The notes under the pieces were generated by a model that saw nothing but the letters and a program-made list of their open reading frames with translations, made no database searches and was not told where the DNA came from. DNA of 64,000 nucleotides from an uncultured Alphaproteobacteria bacterium (GTDB lineage: Bacteria; Pseudomonadota; Alphaproteobacteria; HIMB59; GCA-002718135): positions 20,260 to 84,259 of the forward strand of contig CACGDO010000004.1 of NCBI GenBank assembly GCA_902571865.1, in the 5' to 3' direction. The position numbers and the translations under genes were made by a program. Shown here piece after piece: positions 20,453-31,083 of the stretch; positions within the stretch are counted from its first letter, which is position 1; each line of letters starts with the position of its first letter.

Positions 20453-21217
20453 TTATGCAAAGAATTTTTTTGCGTTCATAAAAATTTTATATCCATCCCC
20501 AAATTTTTTTAAGGTTTTACTTTGCCAATTGGGAATATGATAATGATAAAATGCTCTTTCAGGATGAGGCATCATTGCAAGAACATTACCATTTTGATTT
20601 GTTAGCGCTGCGATATCATCTTTAGATCCATTCGGATTAAAAGGAAATTGACCTTTTGCTAATTTTTTATGATGATTAATGTATTGCAAACCAATAAGGT
20701 TATTAGCTTTGATACTTTTTAGTAGATTAATAGGTATGATAAATTGCCCTTCTTGATGGGCAACAGGCAAGTTCAGCGTACTAATATTTTCTAGCCATGG
20801 TGATTTATTATTACTTACTTTTACATCAACCCATCGACACTCATAGCTACCAGATTTATTTTCAATCAATGCTACTTCTGGATCTTTTTTATTTAGGTTT
20901 GGTACTAATCCAAGATTAATTAATATTTGGCATCCATTACAAATACCTATGATTAATTTATCTTTTAATGAAAAATCTATTAGTTGATCATATAAATTGG
21001 TCATAATTTTTTTCGCCATTGCATTTCCTGAACCTGTATCATCGCCATACGAAAAACCACCAGGTATAGCGAATACTTGATAGTTATTAAGTTGTTTAGG
21101 ATTTTGAATCAGATCATTAATATGAATAATTTTTCCTTTAAATCCTACTACTTCAAATGCATGTAGTGTTTCATTTTCACAATTAATACCATAACCTGAC
21201 AGGACTAATACGTTCAT
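20453..21217 (-). CDS. purQ: Phosphoribosylformylglycinamidine synthase subunit PurQ (long type)
   Basis: GYGINCE, PGGFSYGDD, GICNGCQ, MMPHPER. Confidence 0.93.
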   Translation of the reverse strand: MNVLVLSGYGINCENETLHAFEVVGFKGKIIHINDLIQNPKQLNNYQVFAIPGGFSYGDDTGSGNAMAKKIMTNLYDQLIDFSLKDKLIIGICNGCQILINLGLVPNLNKKDPEVALIENKSGSYECRWVDVKVSNNKSPWLENISTLNLPVAHQEGQFIIPINLLKSIKANNLIGLQYINHHKKLAKGQFPFNPNGSKDDIAALTNQNGNVLAMMPHPERAFYHYHIPNWQSKTLKKFGDGYKIFMNAKKFFA

Positions 21218-24142
21218 AACCCTTTAATATTTTGTTTGTATGACTTAGCAAAATCTGAAATTTTACCTCTCATAATTTTTTTGTTATCTTTAAACTCAAT
21301 TACATCTGAGCCCGTACATTTACCAATAATTGTATAATCAGAAGCTTTAAATATTTTTTTAAAATTGGCTAACTTATTTTTTTTAAGAGAAACAAGAATT
21401 CTACTTTGTGTTTCAGAAAATAAAAATTGGTCTACTGAGATTTTATTTTTTAGTTTTAAATCAAAAGTTAAACCTTTTTTTGAAGCAATTGCCATCTTTG
21501 TAACTGCAATTCCTATTCCACCCAAATCTATTCCAATTGCAGAATTTATAATTCCAAGTTTATTAGCTTTTTCAAAATTTCTATATGTGCGAAGTGCATC
21601 CTTGCTATTTACAACTGGATTTTTTGATTTTTCACAACCTATAATTTTGGAATAAACACTATCCTGTAATTCATTATGGGTATTTCCTAAAACTAAAAGT
21701 ATATCATCATCATCTGGTGTTATTTTTGTTAAGTGTGAAATTTTATCTACCACTCCAATAGAAGAAATAAGCAAAGTTGGAGGTATTGAAATTTTTACTG
21801 ATTTTCCAGTTTTATCAAAACCTTTAAAATCATTAAACATACTATCTTTTCCTGAAATAAATGGTGTTTGGTAAGCAACTGCATAATCATAACAAGCTTT
21901 TGCCGCTTCTTTCAATTGATATAAGCGATCAGGTTCATCGGAGCTACACCAACAAAAGTTATCAAGAATTGCAATTTTTTTTTGAGTTGGCACCACTTAC
22001 AATTAAATTTTTATATGCTGTATCAATAGAGCACCCAGCCATATCATAAGGATTTGTTTCGGCGTACTGAGGATAAGCAGCTTGAGAAAGAGCTATTGAT
22101 TTTTCATCATCAAATATGGGTTTAATAGCAGTAGCATTTCCAAAAACTCTGCCTTCGCCTTGTAATGGTTTTATAATAGAGGTACCTTGTACTTCGTGAT
22201 CATATTGTGTGGCTATAAATTCTTTTGATACAATATTTGAACTAGAGAGAAGTTTATGTAATTTATCTATCAAGATACTTTTCTTAATTATTTTTTTCTT
22301 CTCTTTTTTAATTTTTGGAAAAGATGTTTTTAAATTTAATTTAGGATAACCTTCATGAAGAAATTCCATATCTAAATTGAGAATTTCAGTTTTATTATAT
22401 TTTACTATAGCTTTTTCTTTTTTAATAAACTTACCAATTATTGTTGCTTCTACACCTCTTGCATTAAATCTCTTTATAACTTTTTCTGCGTTCGCTGGAG
22501 GTACTGCTAGTGTCATTCTTTCTTGCGATTCAGAAACCCAAATCTCCCAAGGATATAATCCATTATATTTAAGAGGAACTTTTTCAAGATTAACTATAAA
22601 ACCGCCACTCTCTTTTGCCATTTCTCCAATTGATGATGATAATCCCCCAGCTCCATTATCTGTTATGCTCGAGTAAAGATTTTCATCACGCAATTCTCTA
22701 ATGATGACATCAGACATTTTCTTTTGTGTTATTGGATCACCAATTTGTACTGCAGAAACTGGACTATTAGGATCTAATTCCTCTGAAGAAAATGTTGCAC
22801 CGTGAATACCATCTTTGCCTACTCTACCTCCAGCCATTAGTATGATATCTCCTGGATTAGCTTTCTTCTTATGCGATAATTTTCCTTTAATTTTTTTCGG
22901 AATAATCCCAACTGTTCCACAAAATACTAGTGGCTTTCCTGCAAACCGGTCATCAAAATATACATTACCTTGAGGAGTAGGAATACCCGAACAATTCCCC
23001 CCAACTCTAACACCACTTATAATGCCCTTCGCAATAAAATTTGCTGGAAGCATTGGATCCTTATTTTTTTGACGATACAATTGATATTTCTTATTCGGGT
23101 CTGCTAAATAATATGCATACGTATTCGCTATAGGTTTTGCTCCTTTCCCAAATCCAAGACAATCCCTATTAACACCAACAATTCCAGTGATTGCACCGCC
23201 AAATGGATCTAAGGCTGAAGGTGTATTATGTGTTTCAACTTTATGACAAATAATCCAATCTTTATTAAATTCTATTCCACCGGCATTATCCGTAAAAAGA
23301 GAAACACAAAAATTATCTTTTCTTAATTGAATAATTTTTTCAGTCGCGCCTTTAATATATTTTTTAAATATACCTTCGTGAATATCATCAATTTTAGCTG
23401 AAAATATTTTGTGTTTACAGTGCTCGGACCACGTTTGTGCTAATGTTTCAATTTCTACATCCGTTGGTTTACGTTTTATAGTAGAAAAATAATTTCTTAT
23501 GGCTTTTAAAGATTCTAGATCTAAGCCAAGTGTTCCCCTTCTAGATTTATCATTTTCTTCAATACCAAGTTTACCAATAAGACTGAGTTGATGATCAGAA
23601 ATATTTAAATTAATTTCTTTTTTACTATATTTTTTTTTCGGTAATTTTACCTTTTCTATTTTAAATTGATTTTTTTTAAAATTATTTAAATATTTTTTAA
23701 ATGGATAAATCTTAATTGTTTGAATTAAGGGATTTGCTTCATTTTTAGATATATTGGTAATATCTTCTTTTCTTCCTTTTATTAAAATAATTTTTGTTGA
23801 ACCAAGTTCAAAGCTTTTAAAACTACTTTTAAGATTATCTTTGATTATTTCTTTTACAGTTGTAGCAATATTATCAGTTACACCTGGTAAAAATTTTATT
23901 TCTACAACCCAGTTAAAATTACTATAACTAGATAAAACCTTATTCACATTTTTTTTTGTTAATATTGTTTGAGAAACGTCATTAGAAATAAGTTTACTTA
24001 TTTTAGTAAACTTTTGATCATCAAGATTTGTCGAAAAGAAATATCCATCTATAATTTTGATGGATTTATTATTGTATTCTTTTTGTAGTGAACTTTCTTT
24101 CCCTGTCTTCTCAATGGAGAGAATTTGAATTGTATTTGTCAT
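21214..24142 (-). CDS. purL: FGAM synthase PurL with N-terminal PurS-like extension, split by +1 frameshift at T9 21975-21983
   Basis: QTWSEHCKH, KVETHNTPS, DNGAGGL, SESQERM, QYDHEV in 21962-24142; LDNFCW, ISGKDS, FSETQSR in 21214-21996; removing one base gives GANSKKIAILDNF. Confidence 0.9.
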
Positions 24143-24149
24143 TATGAGT

Positions 24150-24199
24150 ACGAATCAACTTAATTTACTATATTAATAGTTTACTCGTTAACGATTCGT
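24150..24199. promoter_or_regulatory. Divergent purL/purM promoter with inverted ACGAATC/GATTCGT (two GANTC sites) and palindrome TCGTTAACGA
   Basis: GAATC 24152-24156, GATTC 24193-24197, palindrome 24185-24194 in a 73-bp spacer. Confidence 0.45.
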
Positions 24200-24215
24200 T
24201 TAAAACTAATTAAAT

Positions 24216-25250
24216 ATGACAACATATAAAGAAGCAGGTGTTGATATAGAAAATACAGATGCCCTTGTTGAAGATATTTCTGAGCTAAGCAAATCAACAA
24301 ACCGAAACGGAAATTTTGATAAAATTGGCGGATTTGGTGGTATTTTTGATCTTAAAAATTGTGGATATGAAGATCCTTTATTGGTCTCTGGTACAGATGG
24401 CATAGGGACAAAAATATTACTAGGGATTGAAACTGACATTTTAGATGGTTTGGGTCATGATCTTGTTGGTATGTGCCTTAATGATATTCTTTGCCATGGG
24501 GCAGAGCCATTATTTTTTTTAGATTACTATGCTTCTTCGAAGATTGATAAAAATTCTTTTTTAAAAATTATGAAAAGTATCACTGAAGCTTGCAAGATAA
24601 ATAATTGCTCTCTTATTGGTGGTGAAACAGCAGAGATGCCTGGGCTTTATAAAAAAGATGATTTCGATTTTGCTGGATTTTGTGTTGGTGCAGTAGAGAG
24701 AAAAAAAATTCTACCTAAAAGAGATGTTATGAAAGAAGATGATCTTCTTTATGGGATTAGATCTTCGGGCTTTCATTCAAATGGATATTCTCTCATTCGA
24801 AAAGTTTTAAAAGACAAAAATATAGATCTCTATAAAGAAACAGAATTTAAATCATCTTATGAAACAAATGCAGCAGCCTTAATGGCTCCAACAAAATTAT
24901 ATTTCCCTTTTTTAAAAAAAATTTTAACAACAAATCTTATCAACGGTATTTCGCATATAACAGGTGGAGGCATTATTGGTAATGCACCAAGAATGCTCTC
25001 TGAAAATTTATCAGCAAGGATTGATAAAAAATTTATTTGCAATGAAGAAATTTTCCAATGGTTTCAAAGTTTAGCTAACATTTCAGATGAAGACATGTTG
25101 AAGACCTTTAATTGTGGATTAGGTTTGATAATGACTATTTCAAAAAATAATTACAAAGAATTTGAGCAATTAATAAAAGATGAAAATTTAGATATTTTTG
25201 AAATTGGGAAAATAGAAGTTAACAAATCATCAAGGTGCACAATTAGTTGA
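24216..25250 (+). CDS. purM: Phosphoribosylformylglycinamidine cyclo-ligase (AIR synthetase)
   Basis: YKEAGVD, TDGIGTK, GGETAEMPG, HSNGYSL, HITGGG, TFNCG. Confidence 0.95.
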   Translation: MTTYKEAGVDIENTDALVEDISELSKSTNRNGNFDKIGGFGGIFDLKNCGYEDPLLVSGTDGIGTKILLGIETDILDGLGHDLVGMCLNDILCHGAEPLFFLDYYASSKIDKNSFLKIMKSITEACKINNCSLIGGETAEMPGLYKKDDFDFAGFCVGAVERKKILPKRDVMKEDDLLYGIRSSGFHSNGYSLIRKVLKDKNIDLYKETEFKSSYETNAAALMAPTKLYFPFLKKILTTNLINGISHITGGGIIGNAPRMLSENLSARIDKKFICNEEIFQWFQSLANISDEDMLKTFNCGLGLIMTISKNNYKEFEQLIKDENLDIFEIGKIEVNKSSRCTIS

Positions 25251-25816
25251 AAAAATTACAAGTTGCTATTTTCATATCGGGAAGAGGTTCCAATTTAGAA
25301 TCACTAATACAATCATCATTTACAAAACAAAGTTTAGTAGAGGTTCAATTAGTCATTTCTAATAATTCCAAAGCAAAAGGTTTAACTATTGCCAAAAAAA
25401 ATAAAATTCCATTTATACATTTTATACCAAGAAAAAATTTCGAAAACAAAGTCATGAAGTATCTAAAAAATATAGATATCATTTGTTTGGCTGGTTTTAT
25501 GCAAGTTTTAGATTCAAAATTTGTCAGGCAGTGGCAATCACGATTAATCAATATTCATCCATCTTATCTTCCAGCTTTCAAAGGCTTAAATGCTCAGGAT
25601 CAGGCCATAAAGGCTAAAGCGAGCTATTCTGGTTGTAGTGTTCATTACGTAAGCTCTAAAATTGACTCTGGAAAGATTATATTGCAAAAAAAAGTAAAGA
25701 TTTTGAAGAAAGATAATACCGAATCACTCTCAAAAAAAATATTGATAGAAGAGCATAAGGTTTATCCAAAAGCATTACAGATGGTTGCGAAAACACTTTT
25801 AACAAGACAACAGTAA
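25247..25816 (+). CDS. purN: Phosphoribosylglycinamide formyltransferase
   Basis: ISGRGSNL, LAGFM, NIHPSYLP, GCSVH, EH. Confidence 0.95.
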   Translation: MKKLQVAIFISGRGSNLESLIQSSFTKQSLVEVQLVISNNSKAKGLTIAKKNKIPFIHFIPRKNFENKVMKYLKNIDIICLAGFMQVLDSKFVRQWQSRLINIHPSYLPAFKGLNAQDQAIKAKASYSGCSVHYVSSKIDSGKIILQKKVKILKKDNTESLSKKILIEEHKVYPKALQMVAKTLLTRQQ

Positions 25817-25817
25817 G

Positions 25818-27305
25818 ATGAAAAATCGACAAAATTTCCTAAAAAAATTCGAGGTAAGGCAATTTCATGTTCCGAGATTTAATGAGGAGTGTGGTGTATT
25901 TGGAATAAGTGGAACCAAGGATGCTGCCGCCTTAACAGCTCTTGGTTTGCATGCGTTGCAACATCGTGGTCAAGAAGGTTGTGGAATTGTAAGTTATGAT
26001 GGCAACTCCTATCACTCAGAAAGAAAATTTGGATTGGTTGGCGATAATTTTACAAAGAAACACTCATTAGACAAGTTAAAGGGAAAAATTGCGATAGGAC
26101 ACAATCGCTATTCAACAACGGGCGGTGAAACAATAAGGAATATACAACCTTTTTATGCTGACCTTCATGGTGGAGCTATTAGTATTGCTCATAATGGTAA
26201 TTTAACTAATGCACTACTTTTAAGAGAGCAAATGGTACGTGAAGGTGCAATATTTCAAACAACATCAGATACCGAAACAATTGTTCAGCTTGTAGCTCGT
26301 TCAAAAAAGAAAGATATTTTAAATAAAATTATTGATGCTTTAATGCAAATTCAAGGTGGTTATGCTTTATCAATTATAGCTAATGGTACGTTGATTGGTG
26401 CAAGAGATCCATTAGGTATTCGACCACTTGTTTTAGGTAAATTTAAAAATGCATTTATCCTTGCCTCTGAAACTTGCGCACTAGACATTATAGGTGCAAA
26501 ATTTATCCGTGAAATTGAAAATGGAGAAGTTGTAGTTATAAAAGATAATAAAGTTGAAAGTCGAAGACCTTTTCCAAAAAAACAAATCAAACCATGTGTA
26601 TTTGAATATATTTATTTTTCGCGGCCAGATAGTATTTTAAAAAATAAAACCGCCTATGAATATAGAAAAAATTTAGGTACATACTTAGCAAAAGAAACCG
26701 ATATAAAACCTGATGTAGTCGTACCAGTTCCAGACTCTGGTGTTCCTGCTGCGCTTGGTTTTAGTCAAGAGTCTGGTATTCCTTTTGAGTTAGGATTAAT
26801 ACGAAATCATTATGTGGGGAGGACATTTATTGAGCCAACTCAGCAAATTAGAAGTTTAGGTGTAAAGTTAAAACTAAATCCTAACCAAAGTTCTATTAAA
26901 AAAAAGAAAGTTGTTTTAATTGACGACTCATTGGTTCGAGGAACAACATCCACTAAGATAATAAAAATGCTTTATGATTTTGGTGCAAAAGAAGTCCATA
27001 TGCGCATTGCTTCACCTGCAATTAAATATCCTGATTTTTATGGAGTTGATACTCCGACCCAAGAAGAATTATTAGCTGCAAACAAAAATTTAGAGGAAAT
27101 GTGTAAATATATTGGAGCTAAATCATTAAAATTTTTATCATTAGATGGTCTGTATCAAGCTCTTGGTTATGATGAGAGAGATAATGATAATCCTCAATTT
27201 ACTGATCATTATTTTACAGGAGAGTATCCAGTTAGACCTTTAGATTACTTGAATGACGAAAGCTTAAAAAAACTTTCATTCTTAAGTCTTGCTTCAAATA
27301 ATTAA
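25818..27305 (+). CDS. purF: Amidophosphoribosyltransferase
   Basis: EECGVFG, LQHRGQE, GHNRYST, PVPDSG, DDSLVRGTT. Confidence 0.97.
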   Translation: MKNRQNFLKKFEVRQFHVPRFNEECGVFGISGTKDAAALTALGLHALQHRGQEGCGIVSYDGNSYHSERKFGLVGDNFTKKHSLDKLKGKIAIGHNRYSTTGGETIRNIQPFYADLHGGAISIAHNGNLTNALLLREQMVREGAIFQTTSDTETIVQLVARSKKKDILNKIIDALMQIQGGYALSIIANGTLIGARDPLGIRPLVLGKFKNAFILASETCALDIIGAKFIREIENGEVVVIKDNKVESRRPFPKKQIKPCVFEYIYFSRPDSILKNKTAYEYRKNLGTYLAKETDIKPDVVVPVPDSGVPAALGFSQESGIPFELGLIRNHYVGRTFIEPTQQIRSLGVKLKLNPNQSSIKKKKVVLIDDSLVRGTTSTKIIKMLYDFGAKEVHMRIASPAIKYPDFYGVDTPTQEELLAANKNLEEMCKYIGAKSLKFLSLDGLYQALGYDERDNDNPQFTDHYFTGEYPVRPLDYLNDESLKKLSFLSLASNN

Positions 27306-27325
27306 TTAATGAATTATTTTTTTTC

Positions 27326-28603
27326 ATGAACGTTCTTGTCATTGGTAATGGTGGAAGAGAGCACGCATTATGTTATGGCATAAAACAATCTCCTAATTGT
27401 TCTAATTTATATTGTATTCCTGGCAGTGATAGTATCAGTGAGATTGCTTTTTCGATTATCATAGATGTTGATGATCATGATGCTATTCTTCAATTTTGTC
27501 TAGAAAATAAAATTGATCTAGTGGTAATAGGTCCAGAACTACCTTTGACTAAAGGATTATCCAACCTTTTAATGAACAATTCTATATTAGTCTTTGGCCC
27601 TGATCAGATGGGAGCTGAACTAGAAAAATCAAAAAAGTTTACAAAAGATATTTGTAAAAAATTACATATAGCAACAGCTGCTTATGACGTATTTGACAAC
27701 TATGATGATGCCTTCATTTTTTGTCAAAAACAATCCTATCCTCTTGTTATTAAAGCTGATGGTTTAGCAGCAGGAAAAGGAGTTATTATTTGTCAAACAA
27801 TGGAAGATGCAAAAGATGCACTAATTAAATGCTTTAAAGATAATTCTTTTGGTGATGCTGGTTCAGTTGTTGTTATTGAAGAATTTTTAGTTGGTGAAGA
27901 GGTAAGTTTATTTTCACTTGTTGATAAAAATGGATTTGTGTTGCCACTTACAACAGCACAAGATCATAAAAAAATCTTGGAAGGAGAAAAAGGGTTAAAC
28001 ACTGGTGGTATGGGAGCCTACACACCTGTTCCTTCTATTTCATCAAATAAAATGAATGAATTATCCAACACATTTGTTGAGCCTATCGTTCAACATCTTG
28101 CTGAACAAGGCATCAAGTATCAAGGAATGTTTTATGCAGGATTAATTCTAACAGATAAGGGTCCAAATTTACTTGAAATTAATGTTCGTTTCGGTGATCC
28201 GGAAACACAAGCAATTATTCCACTATTAGAAACAGATTTATTAGAACTCCTTCATGCATCAGCGATAGGCACCTTAAATGAAATAAAAAAAATTAAGTGG
28301 AAAAATGATTATGCCATGACAGTAGTAATGGCTACTCATGGTTATCCTGAGGATTATAAAAAATTGACACCAATTAATAATTTGGAAAATCTTACTTTAA
28401 CAACGGATGACTATTTATTTCATGCAGGCACAATGCTTAAAGAAAACAAATGGCTCTCTAATGGTGGGCGTGTTTTAAATATCTCAAACACGGGTAAGGA
28501 TTTAAAAACTATTAGAGAAACTATTCACAATATAATCAATCAAATTAATTGGGATGAGGGATATTATCGAAAAGATATTGGTTGGAGATATATTGATGAA
28601 TAA
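27326..28603 (+). CDS. purD: Phosphoribosylamine-glycine ligase
   Basis: GNGGREHA, KADGLAAGKGV, NTGGMG, RFGDPE, GGRV, YRKDIG. Confidence 0.96.
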   Translation: MNVLVIGNGGREHALCYGIKQSPNCSNLYCIPGSDSISEIAFSIIIDVDDHDAILQFCLENKIDLVVIGPELPLTKGLSNLLMNNSILVFGPDQMGAELEKSKKFTKDICKKLHIATAAYDVFDNYDDAFIFCQKQSYPLVIKADGLAAGKGVIICQTMEDAKDALIKCFKDNSFGDAGSVVVIEEFLVGEEVSLFSLVDKNGFVLPLTTAQDHKKILEGEKGLNTGGMGAYTPVPSISSNKMNELSNTFVEPIVQHLAEQGIKYQGMFYAGLILTDKGPNLLEINVRFGDPETQAIIPLLETDLLELLHASAIGTLNEIKKIKWKNDYAMTVVMATHGYPEDYKKLTPINNLENLTLTTDDYLFHAGTMLKENKWLSNGGRVLNISNTGKDLKTIRETIHNIINQINWDEGYYRKDIGWRYIDE

Positions 28604-29492
28604 TTCTTTTTTAGTTGAAGGAAAAACAAAAATTATTGAGAAAACAAATGATCAAAATATCATTCGAATTGTAACAAAAGATTTTTTAACAGGTGGGGAT
28701 GCAGCGAAGAAAGAGGAAATTAAAGATATTGGATTACAAAAGACAAAACAAACAAGTAATGTGTTTAGTATGCTAAGCAAGGCAGGTATTGCAACATCAT
28801 TTATTGAACAAGATTCTCCAAATAGTCTTTTAAGTTACAACTGCAATATGCTTCCTTTAGAATTTGTAGTTAGACGCTATGCATGGGGAAGTTATTTAAG
28901 CAGAAACACTCAATTTGAAAAAGATAAAAGCAATCCTCATCAATTTGAAAACTTAGTTTGGGAAATATTTCATAAACAAGCGGTTGTTATCCCTCCTCAT
29001 GTTACAGAACCTGTTCAAATGGACGAGAGTGAAGCGAGAAGACAATTTTTAAAAGATGGAAAATGGGAAGAGGGTGTATTTACTGATCCTTTAGTAAAAA
29101 CTGGAGAAGAATGGGAATTATTTTCTGCCAAACAACCTATAACAAGCAAAAGCTTGATGAAGACTAAAAAATTATTGTCTGATCAGGAATTAGAAATAGC
29201 TATTAGTAAAATTATTCTTCCAAGTTTTAAGCTTATTGAAGACAAATGGAAAACTATTAAGACAATTGATGGTCCTATACATTTGGTTGACATTAAGTTT
29301 GAGCTTGGTTTTAAAGTATCGGATAATTCGTTAGTTTTATCTGATGTCGTTGATAATGATAGTTGGCGAATATGGCCTGGGGGAGATCCAACTAAACAAT
29401 TAGATAAACAATCTTTTCGTGAAGGAGAAGATTTAGTAAATGTCGCCAATAAATATCAACTGGTAACAAAGTTAACTGATCAATTTAATTAA
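28596..29492 (+). CDS. purC: SAICAR synthetase, PAICS/Ade5-like type
   Basis: EGKTK, PLEFVVRR, LVDIKFELG, DVVDNDSWRIWP, LDKQSFR; ATG 28596 overlaps the purD end. Confidence 0.88.
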   Translation: MNNSFLVEGKTKIIEKTNDQNIIRIVTKDFLTGGDAAKKEEIKDIGLQKTKQTSNVFSMLSKAGIATSFIEQDSPNSLLSYNCNMLPLEFVVRRYAWGSYLSRNTQFEKDKSNPHQFENLVWEIFHKQAVVIPPHVTEPVQMDESEARRQFLKDGKWEEGVFTDPLVKTGEEWELFSAKQPITSKSLMKTKKLLSDQELEIAISKIILPSFKLIEDKWKTIKTIDGPIHLVDIKFELGFKVSDNSLVLSDVVDNDSWRIWPGGDPTKQLDKQSFREGEDLVNVANKYQLVTKLTDQFN

Positions 29493-29502
29493 AGTTAATG
29501 AT

Positions 29503-30546
29503 TTATTTTTCTATAATCGTTAAATGACCCATTTTTCTTTTTTGCTTAATTTCTGTTTTTAAATAATCGTAAAAAAATTCGTTATCCATAAATGGTTTAT
29601 TTCGGTACGGTGTTATCTCATCACCAATTAAATTAATCATTTTGGCATTATATAATTTTTTTGTCTCAATCTTTTCTAAACCACATACTGCTCGTACATG
29701 ATTTTCAAATTGACTAATATTATGAGAGTTCATTGTCAGATGTCCAGAATTATGAACACGAGGGGCAATTTCATTAGCATATAAATTATCATCAGTATCA
29801 ATAAAAAATTCTACACATAACGTTCCTATGTAATCTAGTTTTTCTACAACGTGTTTTGCCCACTCAATTGATTTTATTCGTATGTTATCAGAAATATCAC
29901 TTGGTATTGTTGAATATTTTAAAATTTGTTCTTCATGAACATTCTCAATAGGGTCATAGATCTCATAACTATTTTGATCATAACGAGTAATGACGACTGA
30001 GATTTCTTTTTTAAGATGAATGAGTTTTTCTAAAATGTATTCTTTTGTAAAATCAATTTCGTTCGTAATATCATCTTCAGTATGTAATTTATACTGACCT
30101 TTGCCATCGTATCCTAATGTTGTTGTTTTTAACAAACCAGGAAGCAAGTCTACATTTTCACTCAAATCCTTTTCATTTTTGATAGTTACATATTTTGTTG
30201 TTGTTATATTATTATCATTGAGAAATTTTTTTTCTGTTTCCCGGTGTTGAATGAGTCGATTAATTTCTGGTTTTGGTAAAACTTGTTTCTTTTCATTAAT
30301 CTTTTTGAGTATTGCGAAGGGAATATTTTCAAATTCATATGTAACAAGATCAACTTCATTAATAAAACTATTTATTATTGTATCATCATCATACTGACCA
30401 AAAATAAATTTAGTCGCAAAGTGTTTCCCGGGCGCATCAGGATCATCACTTAATATAACGGTTTGTATATCTATTTTTTTTGCTGCATCTGCTAGAAGAC
30501 TTCCTAATTGTCCACCACCGATAATGCCAAGTGTGGGTGTATTCAT
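29503..30546 (-). CDS. purK: N5-CAIR synthase
   Basis: GIIGGGQLG, TYEFEN, GYDGKGQ, NEIAPRVHNSGH, RKMGH. Confidence 0.95.
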   Translation of the reverse strand: MNTPTLGIIGGGQLGSLLADAAKKIDIQTVILSDDPDAPGKHFATKFIFGQYDDDTIINSFINEVDLVTYEFENIPFAILKKINEKKQVLPKPEINRLIQHRETEKKFLNDNNITTTKYVTIKNEKDLSENVDLLPGLLKTTTLGYDGKGQYKLHTEDDITNEIDFTKEYILEKLIHLKKEISVVITRYDQNSYEIYDPIENVHEEQILKYSTIPSDISDNIRIKSIEWAKHVVEKLDYIGTLCVEFFIDTDDNLYANEIAPRVHNSGHLTMNSHNISQFENHVRAVCGLEKIETKKLYNAKMINLIGDEITPYRNKPFMDNEFFYDYLKTEIKQKRKMGHLTIIEK

Positions 30547-30549
30547 GAC

Positions 30550-31041
30550 TTATGGTTTTTGTTTAACAGCTTTTGATTGTTTAGTTCGGTAATTTTTTAA
30601 ATTTTTCTTAATTTCTTTATTCGTAAGAGCAATAATGGAAGCTGCATATAAACCAGCATTCATTGCTCCATCTTCACCAATTGCAACACTACCAACAGGG
30701 ATACCTTTTGGCATTTGTACTATAGATAACAAACTATCCAGTCCCTTTAATTTACGACTTTCCACTGGTACACCGATAACAGGTATAGTTGTTAATGATG
30801 CAATCATTCCTGGTAAATGTGCAGAACCTCCTGCACCAGCAATAATGACAGAAATATTATTATCTTCAGCTGCTTTGGCAAATTTAAACATTCTCTCTGG
30901 TGTACGGTGTGCAGAAACAATTTTGGTTTCAAATTTAACTTTCAGTAATCTTAAAATTTTTTCACAATTTTTCATGGTAGCATAATCAGACTTACTTCCC
31001 ATCACAATTGCGACCTTATGTTTTGTTGATGCTGAGGTCAT
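30550..31041 (-). CDS. purE: N5-CAIR mutase
   Basis: [30 protein letters not shown]. Confidence 0.96.
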   Translation of the reverse strand: MTSASTKHKVAIVMGSKSDYATMKNCEKILRLLKVKFETKIVSAHRTPERMFKFAKAAEDNNISVIIAGAGGSAHLPGMIASLTTIPVIGVPVESRKLKGLDSLLSIVQMPKGIPVGSVAIGEDGAMNAGLYAASIIALTNKEIKKNLKNYRTKQSKAVKQKP

Positions 31042-31083
31042 TTTTGTTTTATTGTATCAATTCAATGATGATTCGATACATTA

